From: a virus
Taxonomy: Duplodnaviria > Caudoviricetes
DNA: 64,000 nt
Virus record (IMG/VR): IMGVR_UViG_3300008255_000098
Strand: one strand, 5' to 3'
Shown here: positions 25,663 through 35,972 of the stretch, in pieces
Position numbering within the stretch: the stretch's first letter is position 1
Layout of the letters: every line of letters starts with the position of its first letter
Program-made: the position numbers and the translations under genes
The notes under the pieces: generated by a model
What the model was told of the DNA's origin: nothing
What the model saw: only the letters and a program-made list of their open reading frames with translations
Databases searched by the model: none

Positions 25663-26256
25663 ATGTCAAAATTTGATATTTTATTATGTGACCCTCCTTG
25701 GTCATACACACAAGATAATACTGGAACTAACCATGCTTCTAAACATTACAATCTAATGTCACAAGAAGACCTCAATAATTTACCGATTAAAAGTATTTTA
25801 AATAAAAAAGCAGCTGTATTTATGTGGGCTACAGGTCCACGACTTAATTTTGCTATTGAAACTATGAAAGCTTGGGGACTTCATTATAGAGGAGTAGCTT
25901 TCGTGTGGGTCAAGACACGAAAGAGCGATAACGCAATTATTAATGGACAAGGTGTGCCTCCAACTTTTACCAAACCAACAACAGAGTTCGTTCTTTTAGG
26001 AACAACACAAAAGGCTGGGCGGCCGGTTCCACTCAAGAAATTCAATACTCCTCAGGTTGTTTTAGCTCCCAGAGGCAAACATAGTGAAAAACCAGAAATT
26101 TTTAGAGATTTATTAGAAAAAACTTTTGAATTGAATGCAAGTCATAAAAAAATAGAGATGTTTGCTCGCAAAAAAGTTGATGGATGGACTGTAATTGGAA
26201 ACGGGATTGAAGAAATTGACATTAAAGATGCTATTGCGAACTTAGCAAAGCTATAA
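25663..26256 (+). CDS. MT-A70 family adenine methyltransferase
   Basis: DPPW, FMWAT, HSEKP, IEMFAR, GWTVIGN. Confidence 0.93.
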   Translation: MSKFDILLCDPPWSYTQDNTGTNHASKHYNLMSQEDLNNLPIKSILNKKAAVFMWATGPRLNFAIETMKAWGLHYRGVAFVWVKTRKSDNAIINGQGVPPTFTKPTTEFVLLGTTQKAGRPVPLKKFNTPQVVLAPRGKHSEKPEIFRDLLEKTFELNASHKKIEMFARKKVDGWTVIGNGIEEIDIKDAIANLAKL

Positions 26257-26272
26257 TAACATATTTATCTAA

Positions 26273-26617
26273 ATGGAGTCGAAATTAATAGCTGGGGGTG
26301 AGGCTGTTGCGAAATATATAATTGACGCCTACAAGATGGAACATCCAATTATTAGTGTTTGGTTGGGTACAGGGTTAGTCAACCCTGATGAATATCAAAG
26401 TTCCGTAGCGGAGACTTCAATAGAATATTTTAGATTTCTTGTGAAGGAACAAATATACTCTTTATTTTTTCCAAACGGGATTATATTTGGCAATTGGAAT
26501 TTAGTACTTTTAGCTCTTAAACAAGAAACAGAAGATTCTACAGAACCCCCTGAAATAATTCAAGGTTGGATACTAAATGTAGATTTTGAAAAAATGTCTA
26601 TTGACTTTGAAATTTAG
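26273..26617 (+). CDS. hypothetical protein
   Basis: ORF. Confidence 0.65.
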   Translation: MESKLIAGGEAVAKYIIDAYKMEHPIISVWLGTGLVNPDEYQSSVAETSIEYFRFLVKEQIYSLFFPNGIIFGNWNLVLLALKQETEDSTEPPEIIQGWILNVDFEKMSIDFEI

Positions 26618-26663
26618 TTGAAACTATATTTAAATTTTGGTAATAAAGTTAAAAGAGGAAAAT

Positions 26664-26888
26664 ATGCATTTGTCAGACAAATTTGGAGAGTTAGATAGTA
26701 ACAAAAATGTTACTGGATACAAAATTGTTAAAATTGACGGTAAATTTGTTATAACCGTACAAATACAACAGAAAAATTCTGTGTTATCACATGTTGTTCG
26801 TACCCGAAAACATACAAACTTATTTAAAGCGGTAGAAGAGGCAATAGAGCTTTTCAAAGAGCACCTGTCTGACTGCTCAATTTGTTGA
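26664..26888 (+). CDS. hypothetical protein
   Basis: ORF with GAGG RBS. Confidence 0.65.
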   Translation: MHLSDKFGELDSNKNVTGYKIVKIDGKFVITVQIQQKNSVLSHVVRTRKHTNLFKAVEEAIELFKEHLSDCSIC

Positions 26889-26966
26889 ATATCGGTTCAC
26901 AAATATGTTTAATAGGTTCAGTTCTTTGTAACTCAGTGTTATCCTGTAAACACTAAAGAGGACGAG

Positions 26967-28559
26967 ATGAAAAAGCTACCAAGTAGACGATATCATAAGG
27001 TGCCTCGCCCAATTTGGGCAGATGCATATACAGTAAATGGTTTTACTTTCGAGAGCGAAGAAGCTACCGAAAATTCCAAATATTATGGAACATTTCGTAA
27101 GTTTCCTCTTGAATTTGAACCCACTTATAAAAAGGGTGATGAGAGAATCGTTTTCTCTGGTTTACAGTCGCTTTGTGATCTTTTGTTCTATGAACCGATT
27201 ACACACGAAGAAATTGACGAGACTGTAGAATTCCTCAAGGGCCGCAAGGTCAAGAACAACGGAACATTTGCAGATTTTGAGTTTCCTGAAAAGATGTGGC
27301 GTAGGGTAGTTGAAGAATTTGGCGGCTTTCTTCCTCTCCGAGTCGAAGGAATGCCTGAGGGTTCTGTAGTATATCCTCACGAACCGTTCTTACGAGTAAC
27401 AGCGACGGAATCCGGATTCGGGCCGCTTGTTCCGTGGTTCGAGTCTACTCTTTTACACGTCTGGGCAGCCACAGAACGTCTTACAGCGGCACGACACTTT
27501 ATGCGCCACACTTATGACGTAATTAGAAAGTATGAGCCTGAGAACATTGCTGATGAGGAGTGCGAATTTTTCGCACGAGTCATGATTCATGATTTTGGAG
27601 ACCGAGGTGCTACTTCTCCGATGGAGTCAGAGCTTGTCGCAAAAGTTCATAATTATGTCTGGTACGGTTCAGATACTTTTCGAGCAGCATATCAAAACTG
27701 GAAAAATGGTGCGCCGTCCGCATATGGTTCTTCTGTAAAAGCTCTTGCTCATAGAATTGTCCAGGGTTATGGCGAAGAAACTGATTGTTATAATAACATG
27801 TATGACTCTGCTCAAGGCAATGAATTGCTTAGTATGGTTGGTGACTGTTATGATTATTGGGCAGCACTCAAAAATGATCTTATTCCTCTTGCCGTAAAAG
27901 CAAAAGAGTCAGGAGATGATGCTAATACTATTGTTGCTAGGCCCGACAGTGGCAATAGTATTGAGATGGTTCTCGGCACTTTAAATGCAGCTAATGAAGC
28001 CGGTCTAATGAATGAATATTTGTGTGCCGACGGGGTAACCCGAAAAGTTTCAACTACCCTTCGATATATTGTTGGGAATGGTGAAAGTTTTCAGTCTGTG
28101 CTTGATATTACTCAAGCAGCACTAACCGCAGGATTCGTTCCATGGCGATGTGGAATTTATGGGATTGGAGGTCATTTGCGGAACAATATTAATCGTGACC
28201 ATCTTAGTACCAAGTTTGCTTTGTGTTCGGTTGGAACAAATGAGCGTCCTGTGATTAAGTTGAGTAACTCTCCCGGCAAACAAACCTTGCCTGAATGTCG
28301 AGTGCTTAGAGACACAGAATCGCTTAGGAGCGGTGTGACGCTGTGTCTTCCGAGTGAAAATCCAAATAAAAAGGATGCACTAGTTTTATATTATGATGGT
28401 AGCCTTGAAGAACCATTTGGTGTCGGGTTTACTGACGATTTTATGACATGTGAAAACAGAGTTGTGAATAACTTCAAAGAAATGCCAGATACCGCAGGTA
28501 AGCGCACAGTTGCTTTGGACAAAGAAGTGTGCGAACTAATCAAGCATTACCGAGGGTAG
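26967..28559 (+). CDS. nadV: nicotinamide phosphoribosyltransferase (NAMPT/NadV-like)
   Basis: DAY, HDFGDRG, GSD, ALAH, RPDSG, NRD..STKF motifs. Confidence 0.88.
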   Translation: MKKLPSRRYHKVPRPIWADAYTVNGFTFESEEATENSKYYGTFRKFPLEFEPTYKKGDERIVFSGLQSLCDLLFYEPITHEEIDETVEFLKGRKVKNNGTFADFEFPEKMWRRVVEEFGGFLPLRVEGMPEGSVVYPHEPFLRVTATESGFGPLVPWFESTLLHVWAATERLTAARHFMRHTYDVIRKYEPENIADEECEFFARVMIHDFGDRGATSPMESELVAKVHNYVWYGSDTFRAAYQNWKNGAPSAYGSSVKALAHRIVQGYGEETDCYNNMYDSAQGNELLSMVGDCYDYWAALKNDLIPLAVKAKESGDDANTIVARPDSGNSIEMVLGTLNAANEAGLMNEYLCADGVTRKVSTTLRYIVGNGESFQSVLDITQAALTAGFVPWRCGIYGIGGHLRNNINRDHLSTKFALCSVGTNERPVIKLSNSPGKQTLPECRVLRDTESLRSGVTLCLPSENPNKKDALVLYYDGSLEEPFGVGFTDDFMTCENRVVNNFKEMPDTAGKRTVALDKEVCELIKHYRG

Positions 28560-28594
28560 AGAGTGGTGTACTACATTTCACAAGCGAGTTTTTT

Positions 28595-29122
28595 ATGAAA
28601 AAGCCTAAAAGACCTACTAAACCGAAAGCTCCTAGAGAATATACCATTCGTGGGGGAAAATTCATAAGTTTGTATAAATATGATATTTTTTCTTTGAAAG
28701 ATTTAATAGAGGTTTGCTTGGAAAAAGCAGCAGATTTTCTTGAAGTTCCAATAGAAGAAGTTCTTCCAGAACAAATTGGAATATTTCAAAATGGCAATAT
28801 ATGTGAAACCGAATTTTGCATTATGATGCCAGAAGATCATGAAGAATATAACAAATTATTAGAAAAATATAATAGGGATTTTGAAAAATATAAAAACAAG
28901 CTAAAAGAATATAAGATTAAAAACGATGTATACAAAGCTTATATTTTGAAAAGCAGAGAAGAAGAAATTCTGAATAAAATTAATAGTCTTGAAAAGGATT
29001 ATAAGAAATTTTGTGATAACAAAAAGATAGAGTTAGAAACCCAAAAAAATAAACTTAGAAAAGCACTTGAGGCAACAAAAGCTAAAAAAGAAAACTTTAT
29101 TGACAATGTTGGTAAAATATAA
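28595..29122 (+). CDS. hypothetical coiled-coil protein
   Basis: ORF. Confidence 0.7.
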   Translation: MKKPKRPTKPKAPREYTIRGGKFISLYKYDIFSLKDLIEVCLEKAADFLEVPIEEVLPEQIGIFQNGNICETEFCIMMPEDHEEYNKLLEKYNRDFEKYKNKLKEYKIKNDVYKAYILKSREEEILNKINSLEKDYKKFCDNKKIELETQKNKLRKALEATKAKKENFIDNVGKI

Positions 29123-29123
29123 A

Positions 29124-29684
29124 ATGGATTTTAATAAAATTGAAAAAATGGTTGCAAAATATAATGGTCCAAAGGTTGGATTTGTTGTCTCTGGTGGCGG
29201 GGCAAGTGTAGCTAACCTAGCTCTAATCCCTGGGGTGAGTAAACTCCTGCATGAAGTTAAAATCCCATACTCCCTAGAAGCAACAGAAAGTTTTATTTCA
29301 TCTATCTGGGAGTCTGACCGTGGGCGATATAGCAATAATGCAGTTAGTAAAGAAAGCGCATTTTTACTTGCGAATGCTGCAAAGAGTTATTGGGGCGGCG
29401 ATGTTGGAATAATAGGATGCACGGCCGCTATCACAACTTCCCGTTGGCGGCGAGGAGATAACCACGCTTGGATCTGTGTTATTAAGCCCAACGCTCCTGA
29501 CGGCGCAGAAGGGATAAACCGCATGGCTGACGGTAAAACAGAATATTTTCACCTAGAACTTTCCAAGCTCTCAGAGAAAGATTATGCCAATGCAGGAGGT
29601 TATGTCTCTTGGAAACGCAGGGATGAAGATCAACAAATCGCTGATTTTTTGTTAGAAAAAGCCTTTTCAACATTTGGGAGATAA
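29124..29684 (+). CDS. CinA/PncC-like domain protein
   Basis: SGGGAS....IPGVS..L.E..IPYS; AVSKESA; GCTAAITT.R.RRGD. Confidence 0.7.
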   Translation: MDFNKIEKMVAKYNGPKVGFVVSGGGASVANLALIPGVSKLLHEVKIPYSLEATESFISSIWESDRGRYSNNAVSKESAFLLANAAKSYWGGDVGIIGCTAAITTSRWRRGDNHAWICVIKPNAPDGAEGINRMADGKTEYFHLELSKLSEKDYANAGGYVSWKRRDEDQQIADFLLEKAFSTFGR

Positions 29685-29685
29685 A

Positions 29686-30303
29686 ATGAATTTACAAGAT
29701 GCATACAATGCTTTAACTGGGCATAAAGCACTGAGCTTTGTGGTTGATATAAATGGGGATATTTGTACCTGGAAACAATATATTAAATATTTAGATGATT
29801 TAGTTGAAAATTTCCCTGTGAGTGTTATCCCAGGATCTTTTAACCCTTTGCATAAAGGGCATAAAGATATTAGAAGCGATTTATCTTCCACACCTGAAAT
29901 GATTTTGTTTGAAATTTCTGTAACAAGGTTTGATAAACCACCAGTTTCATTTTCGGAGCTTGAAAGCAGGCTGAAACAATTCAAAAACTATGCGCCGGTA
30001 TTGATCACAGATGCAGCAAGATTTATCGAAAAGATTGGGGTTTTAGTTCCTGAAAGTCCTAATTTGACATTTCATATTGGTATTGACACTTTAGTGCGGA
30101 TGGAAAGTGATTATGGGCTTACTGGAATTCAGGGGCTAAATGCTAAGTTTGTTGTCAGTAGTAGAATTATTGATGGTAAACTGCAAACACTAAACACAGA
30201 GTATGGGGCGAGGGCTCCATGCAATTGCTCCATCAACCCAGCAAAAAGGACGCTAGATAGTTTGTCTATCTCCTCAACACAAATTAGAAAAACTAGGGTT
30301 TAA
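29686..30303 (+). CDS. nucleotidyltransferase (NMNAT/NadD-like)
   Basis: PGSFNPLHKGH (HIGH-type), FEIS...DKPP, GIDT, ISSTQIR. Confidence 0.8.
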   Translation: MNLQDAYNALTGHKALSFVVDINGDICTWKQYIKYLDDLVENFPVSVIPGSFNPLHKGHKDIRSDLSSTPEMILFEISVTRFDKPPVSFSELESRLKQFKNYAPVLITDAARFIEKIGVLVPESPNLTFHIGIDTLVRMESDYGLTGIQGLNAKFVVSSRIIDGKLQTLNTEYGARAPCNCSINPAKRTLDSLSISSTQIRKTRV

Positions 30304-30494
30304 AAACAAATTAGTAGTTGTTGTCGTTTGTAATGATGCACGATGACTTATCAATTTCCAACAGAAACAGATAGATATAATGAAACATTAGAAGCCCGAC
30401 AGAAGAAATTAGCTTTAAATCCAAAAACAGATCAAAAAACTATCGGCAAACTGTTCCCTAAAAAAGAAAAAAACTCTAGAAAAGGACAAAAAAA

Positions 30495-30695
30495 ATGAGT
30501 GAAGAAACAACAAGTGATATGTTTATTAAAAGTGTTGACCACGGCGGAAAGGTTGCTGTTGTCAACACAAGCTCTTTAGTTGTTAAAACATCAGCACAAA
30601 ATGTTATTCAACCCCAACTTAAAAAGTCGAGTCCTGTTTTGACTCAACTTACTACCGCTGTCGGGCTCGTGGGTAACAAGGCTGAGGAAAAGTAA
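30495..30695 (+). CDS. hypothetical protein
   Basis: ORF with AGGA RBS. Confidence 0.6.
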   Translation: MSEETTSDMFIKSVDHGGKVAVVNTSSLVVKTSAQNVIQPQLKKSSPVLTQLTTAVGLVGNKAEEK

Positions 30696-30698
30696 TTT

Positions 30699-31001
30699 AT
30701 GGCGACGACTTTTACACAAGTTAAAATTGGAGAAGTTTTCACGGTTTTATTATTAGAGCATCCTAGCACAGGGTATGTTTGGACTCTAAAAAATCCAAGT
30801 GAAGATATCATGTGTGAGGTTCAAATTAAGTTTGATGCATCTAATGGCTTTCAGAAAATTGGCGGGCTCGTTACCAAAATTTTTTCTTTGAGTCTTAAAA
30901 AAGCAGGCGAATTTGAACTCGTATTTACAAAAATACGGCCGTGGGAAAAAACTTCTAATCCAATTGAAGTACATATTGAGAACATAATGGCTAGAGAGTA
31001 A
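30699..31001 (+). CDS. chagasin-like protease inhibitor (I42)
   Basis: KIGEVF.V.L.EHPSTGY.W; GG; Y/IRPWE. Confidence 0.8.
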   Translation: MATTFTQVKIGEVFTVLLLEHPSTGYVWTLKNPSEDIMCEVQIKFDASNGFQKIGGLVTKIFSLSLKKAGEFELVFTKIRPWEKTSNPIEVHIENIMARE

Positions 31002-31004
31002 AAT

Positions 31005-31304
31005 ATGTATAAAATATTTCCGATTGGTAAAAACATTGTTGTTTCTCCTATAGATTCGATAGAAGAAGTAAATGAAAACGATGTGTCAAAAATCATTGTA
31101 CCAGATGACGCAAAAAATTCCAAGAATATTGGTAAAATAGTCAAAGTAGGTAACGAAGCGAAACTTGCTTTCGGCCTTCTGGAGGAAGGCGATGTAGTAT
31201 TTTATCGACCTCATACAGGCGTTGAAATAGAAGTAGATGGTAAAAAATATCTAGTTGTCCACATGGAAATGTTATTAGCGGTAGTAAAAGATATAGACGA
31301 TTAA
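31005..31304 (+). CDS. groES: co-chaperonin GroES
   Basis: PIG..IVV, IIVPD.AK, G.IVKVG, GD.VFY, EVDGKKYLVV....LLAVV. Confidence 0.88.
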   Translation: MYKIFPIGKNIVVSPIDSIEEVNENDVSKIIVPDDAKNSKNIGKIVKVGNEAKLAFGLLEEGDVVFYRPHTGVEIEVDGKKYLVVHMEMLLAVVKDIDD

Positions 31305-31305
31305 T

Positions 31306-31638
31306 ATGGCAAAACATAGCACTAAAAATACTGATTTACAGTTTGGAGAAGCGTATCGAACAACCAAGAAGACATCTTGGTCAAAATATGACAAGTATTT
31401 TACAGTAGTAGAAGTGCCAGAAGACGAATTGTTGCTTTTTAGAAGCTTTCTTCCGGTAAAAGGAAAACCAGGAGTTAGTTTAGCTTTATTTGTCTGGCTC
31501 AAGAAAAAAGAAACAATTTGTATGACAACAAGTGATACCGAGTGTATATTCTATGTCAAACATGTTGATTGGGAAGACAGGCATATTTCCGTTATAACAA
31601 ATCAAGTAATTGATGACAAGCCAAAAGAAGTAAATTAG
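31306..31638 (+). CDS. hypothetical protein
   Basis: ORF. Confidence 0.7.
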   Translation: MAKHSTKNTDLQFGEAYRTTKKTSWSKYDKYFTVVEVPEDELLLFRSFLPVKGKPGVSLALFVWLKKKETICMTTSDTECIFYVKHVDWEDRHISVITNQVIDDKPKEVN

Positions 31639-31923
31639 TTGATAAAATGTCTTGGAGTACTACAAGTAATTTAATATTGGGAAAAAATAGAACATTATAT
31701 TACCACAGCAGAAACAACTTATCAAAGTGCGAATGATAATATTTCGGGCGTGACTGCTGAATATTTCAATATCCCAGGAAAGTCTAGAAACAGGTTGGTG
31801 GAATGGATATTGCGCCGCTGTTTGTTCAAAATTTATTATTCTGTAATAATGGTATTTTTACAGAAATATTACAAGGTTTAGAAACATGTGTTTGTCTGTT
31901 ACACCTATGGAAAGGGAAAAAAA

Positions 31924-32133
31924 ATGAGTAAAAATAGAAAACGTTTTTCATGTGGACACCGAGGTTTTGGCGCTTTTTGTCACAGGTGTCAATTTATTGA
32001 GAAACTTGAACAAATGGTTGAGGCCGGGAAACAACTTGTTGGACATCACGGCGAAAATCGTAAATATAAGTGGTCTTTAACCAGTATGCGTGAAGAAATT
32101 AAACGTCTTCAGAAAAACGGACGTGGACAGTGA
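31924..32133 (+). CDS. hypothetical zinc-binding protein
   Basis: CGH.GFG.FCHRC. Confidence 0.7.
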   Translation: MSKNRKRFSCGHRGFGAFCHRCQFIEKLEQMVEAGKQLVGHHGENRKYKWSLTSMREEIKRLQKNGRGQ

Positions 32134-32609
32134 GCGGGGAAGAAGGCAAGCCCAATCGAGTTACATTTTTTCGGATAACCCCGCAACTTAAGACCTTCAA
32201 GGAAGGAACGGTTCTTAAGACAAAAATAGATTTATATTATTCAACAGAAGAAGATATCGTCGAAACGGGCGGGGAAGACAATTGGAGTCCACTGGCGGTC
32301 TTAGGTGGTGTCTTGGGTGGGGGGCAAGCAGGAAATCCCGCAGCGGGCACCGCCATGCCGCCGCCGAGTTTTTCGCAGTCAGCCGATTTCATTCACAAAG
32401 AAGCGACTGTTATGTTTGTAGAAGCAGCACAATTTCGAGCCAGTGACAGTAGAATTTATGTGCGAGCACATTTAATCTTTGGCGAAAAGGTTGTTTGGGT
32501 AAATGTATTACGAATTCCGCATCGCCGATGGAGCTATATGATTCGTGAAGAACAAAAAACTATAATTAAAGACGAAATTGAAAAAATGTTCGAAGTATTG
32601 TTGGAGTAA
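32130..32609 (+). CDS. hypothetical protein
   Basis: ORF; LIFGEKVVWV motif. Confidence 0.7.
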   Translation: MSGEEGKPNRVTFFRITPQLKTFKEGTVLKTKIDLYYSTEEDIVETGGEDNWSPLAVLGGVLGGGQAGNPAAGTAMPPPSFSQSADFIHKEATVMFVEAAQFRASDSRIYVRAHLIFGEKVVWVNVLRIPHRRWSYMIREEQKTIIKDEIEKMFEVLLE

Positions 32610-32612
32610 AAA

Positions 32613-32906
32613 ATGGATGATTTTGATACAAAAGCACCGTCGTTGCAGTTAGATGCTGAATTCTTTTCCTCTTGGATGAAAAGAATGGACGAAGATGTTG
32701 CCCTTAGTTTTGTATTGTCAGGTCTTTCGTTAAATCGAAATAAAACTTTAGAGGCGTTTGACGTAGCTTGCCAAATAATGGACATAAGAACTAGTAATAA
32801 ACTTAAATCAGAAAAGTTTTCCATAGATAAACAAAAAAGTGTCACAGAACTAGTTGAATCTTTATTAGCGTCAATAGATGCGAAAAAATTAGGAGCGAAA
32901 AAATGA
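32613..32906 (+). CDS. hypothetical protein
   Basis: ORF in tightly packed run. Confidence 0.7.
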   Translation: MDDFDTKAPSLQLDAEFFSSWMKRMDEDVALSFVLSGLSLNRNKTLEAFDVACQIMDIRTSNKLKSEKFSIDKQKSVTELVESLLASIDAKKLGAKK

Positions 32907-33160
32907 CAATTAAAAAAGCACCATATAAAGATTTACCATATCATTTAGTCGAAACAGATCCTGAAGTTCGATTTGAAAAAGAAATAGGCCATCACCCGAA
33001 ATCACGTGAAATTATAAATGCAATGATTTACATTGATAAACATTTCAATAATTTAGAATTTGACATTAGGGTTGGTGGAGACGGGGATTATGGAGAAAGT
33101 CTAATGTATTTGTTAGACGTGTATTTTGATGCTTTAGATGTTAAAACAACTAATAAGTAG
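32903..33160 (+). CDS. hypothetical protein
   Basis: ORF; GGDGDYGE motif. Confidence 0.7.
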   Translation: MTIKKAPYKDLPYHLVETDPEVRFEKEIGHHPKSREIINAMIYIDKHFNNLEFDIRVGGDGDYGESLMYLLDVYFDALDVKTTNK

Positions 33161-33169
33161 GATAATATT

Positions 33170-33448
33170 ATGACACAGGTGGTTTTTCTTTTTTCCTTAT
33201 TACTGGCACTGTTTTCTTTTTCGATTTTTGGATTTAAGAAAATCGAAAAAGATCATGAAAAAGCAATCAAAAAAATTGGTGAAGATTATAAAGCAACAGT
33301 CAAAAAAATTGATGAAGATTTTGAACAAAGTCTTAAAAACCGAATAAAGAATTATAAAGCATCTATTGACGAACTTACTAAAGTGGCAGAAGGAAAAATT
33401 GAATTGTTAATTTTGGATCAAAAAGTTCCTCAGGATAAACTAAACTGA
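33170..33448 (+). CDS. hypothetical membrane-anchored coiled-coil protein
   Basis: N-terminal hydrophobic helix. Confidence 0.7.
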   Translation: MTQVVFLFSLLLALFSFSIFGFKKIEKDHEKAIKKIGEDYKATVKKIDEDFEQSLKNRIKNYKASIDELTKVAEGKIELLILDQKVPQDKLN

Positions 33449-33708
33449 TGTTTTTTATTAATTCGATTGATGGAGTTTGTGAAGCAAAAGAAAAACTTCA
33501 ATCTGTTTTTATCAAAAAATATCCAGATAAAAATAATCAAATTAAGTTTTTTGTCAGCATTGACCCAGAAAATGGTGGATATACAATTTTAGTGTCAATT
33601 AAAAACAAATCATTAGTTCCACGTTTTCCAGAAACAGTAAATGGCTATCGAGTCGTAATTGACGGCATAACGAAATTTTCAATTCCTCCGTCGATGGATT
33701 ATACGTGA
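33448..33708 (+). CDS. hypothetical protein
   Basis: ORF; resembles next gene. Confidence 0.65.
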   Translation: MFFINSIDGVCEAKEKLQSVFIKKYPDKNNQIKFFVSIDPENGGYTILVSIKNKSLVPRFPETVNGYRVVIDGITKFSIPPSMDYT

Positions 33709-34007
33709 ACGACAGAAAATATGAAGAGTTAGAAGCCTGGGAAAAGGCTTTCGTAGATCTAAATGCAAAAATAGGCAACGATGCCTGGGGCGCACGATTA
33801 GAGGGCGACGGCGCAAAAGGATATAGGCTGCGTATTTTTGTTGAAAATAAACAAATTAAAGATATCGTTATGGTAGAAACTATGGGGATAATTAGAGAGT
33901 TTCCTATTGTTTTTACCGAATATAGTCAAGAAGCGTACACACTACGAGAATCAATAAATTTAGAACAAGAAATTAGTGTTGAAAAGAAAACGGATAATAC
34001 TAAATGA
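33705..34007 (+). CDS. hypothetical protein
   Basis: ORF. Confidence 0.65.
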   Translation: MNDRKYEELEAWEKAFVDLNAKIGNDAWGARLEGDGAKGYRLRIFVENKQIKDIVMVETMGIIREFPIVFTEYSQEAYTLRESINLEQEISVEKKTDNTK

Positions 34008-34843
34008 AAAATAAAATCGAAAAAATAGAAACTTGTCAAAGTTATATTGACGGAGAAGACTTTCTGTGTAGTTTTCCTGAAGACATATTAGCAATGTCTG
34101 TAAAAAAGGACGAAAAGACATTTTATCATTCTGGAAATGAACTTTTTTGGGACCCTTGGCCAAGTGATATTAATGTTGAACGACGTATTGGACCTTGGGT
34201 TTTGTTGAAAGAAGAGGGAAACTTACAATCCAAAGTTTTTGGCGAAAATGTTAGAGTAATAAGAAAACATGATGATAAAGTTTGGTATGTTTGGAGTTTT
34301 CATCACCGAGGTAAATTTTACCGTGATTTATTCTATGGCGAACTGATTTATGTCCCGCTTTATGGAAATGCGGAAAAAGAAAAAATTCAGGACCCTGATA
34401 AAGAAGTTATTACCAAGGTTTTTGGCAAAAATAGAAAATTTCCAAATAGTTATTTTATGTCCACAGAAAAAAACCGATATAACCAAGCACTTATTGATCT
34501 GGAATGGTACCGAAAATTAGCAACAGCTAGAAAACGTAAGATTTCACTAGAAAATAAAAAGAAACTAGCAATTGTAAAAGGAATTTCTTTGCAGGAACTT
34601 AATGTTGTTAAGAGAGAAGAAAAACAAAAAAAGAAACGTATTGCCCGCACACAACAATGGGTTACTGTTGCAAATGACGTGTATTCAAGTTATGAGTTTT
34701 TACAAACTTTAATTAAAACAATGACGGATGACAGAGAATTTTCGCAAGAGTGGTTTGACGAGGGCAGAAGAAAAATGCGTGCGCTCTCAACCACATTACG
34801 ACCCATGCGTACACATTTTCCGAAAAAAAGTAAAATTTTATGA
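34004..34843 (+). CDS. hypothetical protein
   Basis: 279-aa ORF. Confidence 0.75.
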   Translation: MKNKIEKIETCQSYIDGEDFLCSFPEDILAMSVKKDEKTFYHSGNELFWDPWPSDINVERRIGPWVLLKEEGNLQSKVFGENVRVIRKHDDKVWYVWSFHHRGKFYRDLFYGELIYVPLYGNAEKEKIQDPDKEVITKVFGKNRKFPNSYFMSTEKNRYNQALIDLEWYRKLATARKRKISLENKKKLAIVKGISLQELNVVKREEKQKKKRIARTQQWVTVANDVYSSYEFLQTLIKTMTDDREFSQEWFDEGRRKMRALSTTLRPMRTHFPKKSKIL

Positions 34844-34880
34844 GCGATTTTTGTTTGTTGCACATACATTACTATGTTAG

Positions 34881-35084
34881 TTGCTTAATATGCTAACGAC
34901 AGAAGGAAAACTTATGGGAAAAATGCAAGTAACACTTACAGTGCAGACTGAAATAGAGTGTAGTGAAGTAAATTTAGAAGAATACCAAGAAAAACTTGAT
35001 CTCCTTATTCAGGATTTAGAAGAAATGGATCTTAGAGTTGACGTGGAATCAGAAGTTCCGCTTTGGGAACAAAATGAGGAATAA
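34881..35084 (+). CDS. hypothetical acidic protein
   Basis: ORF; start probably at the internal ATG. Confidence 0.6.
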   Translation: MLNMLTTEGKLMGKMQVTLTVQTEIECSEVNLEEYQEKLDLLIQDLEEMDLRVDVESEVPLWEQNEE

Positions 35085-35319
35085 CTTATATTAGATTTAA
35101 ATTCTTGGATTTGTATTATAGTTGGAGAATAATAACGTGCCGCCGCCCATCAATGAGCAGCATAAAATTGCACGAGATGTTCTGCACTACTATGGAAAAA
35201 TGGCTCAAAACTTTTACCGTTTACAATAACTTTTTTGTGTGTTATGTCTGCTGTGTTCGGATTGAGTTTCTGAAGCTCCCGAGAAAACATTATTTAGCAG
35301 AACAGAAAATAGGAAACAA

Positions 35320-35637
35320 ATGAGTAGTGATGCAAGTGCGGAGTTAGTTTTTGGGTTAGACCTCGGTGACGACGACGACATTCCCGAATGGTTAGATAAA
35401 GTTCTAAGCTCCCAAAAGAATAAGGCTTTTAGGTTCAGTTATTACGGGTCTGGTGGCTGGGTGGGAACGGTGCTTGCCTTTGGACCTTCTATGAGCGGCG
35501 AGGACTATGTGCAATGTGTGGACATAGATTTAAAGGACTACTCTGTAGAATTTTTAGAAACCTTACGGGCATTGCCTGGGTATGAGCCACTGGAAAGCGA
35601 GACGCCACGTTGGCTTCTCTTAGCTAATTATAGTTGA
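35320..35637 (+). CDS. hypothetical protein
   Basis: ORF with AGGA RBS. Confidence 0.7.
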   Translation: MSSDASAELVFGLDLGDDDDIPEWLDKVLSSQKNKAFRFSYYGSGGWVGTVLAFGPSMSGEDYVQCVDIDLKDYSVEFLETLRALPGYEPLESETPRWLLLANYS

Positions 35638-35654
35638 ACAAATAGAATATTACC

Positions 35655-35954
35655 TTGCGACCAGGAAAATTATTTTATTCCATATCAGGAATTACCGCTT
35701 GCCCTGTAGATAAGCCAGAAATTGCTAAAGCACGGCGCATGGGCACTAAAACTATATTGCCTTGGTATTTTGAAGATAATTTGTGGACTATTAAGCCAAA
35801 AGAAATATTTATAGTTTTGGCTGTAGGAGATGCCTGTCCTAAAACATATGTGGAATTTTATCGCATAAAATTCCCATGGCTTGTTCTCGCAGGAGAAAAA
35901 GTGGCACTAATAGAAACCTTGAATGAACAATTCACGGATGTAACTCCGTTTTGA
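35655..35954 (+). CDS. hypothetical protein (GKLY-like family)
   Basis: RPGKLFY; VLAGEKV. Confidence 0.65.
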   Translation: MRPGKLFYSISGITACPVDKPEIAKARRMGTKTILPWYFEDNLWTIKPKEIFIVLAVGDACPKTYVEFYRIKFPWLVLAGEKVALIETLNEQFTDVTPF

Positions 35955-35972
35955 TATAACATATTTAGAATT

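Noticed and set aside
30495-31304. Three ORFs in one frame separated by single TAA codons as a read-through polyprotein
   Set aside because: Chagasin-like and GroES proteins are complete stand-alone domains with their own ATGs; 3-nt gaps are common in packed phage operons. Kept only as test sites for the suppressor.
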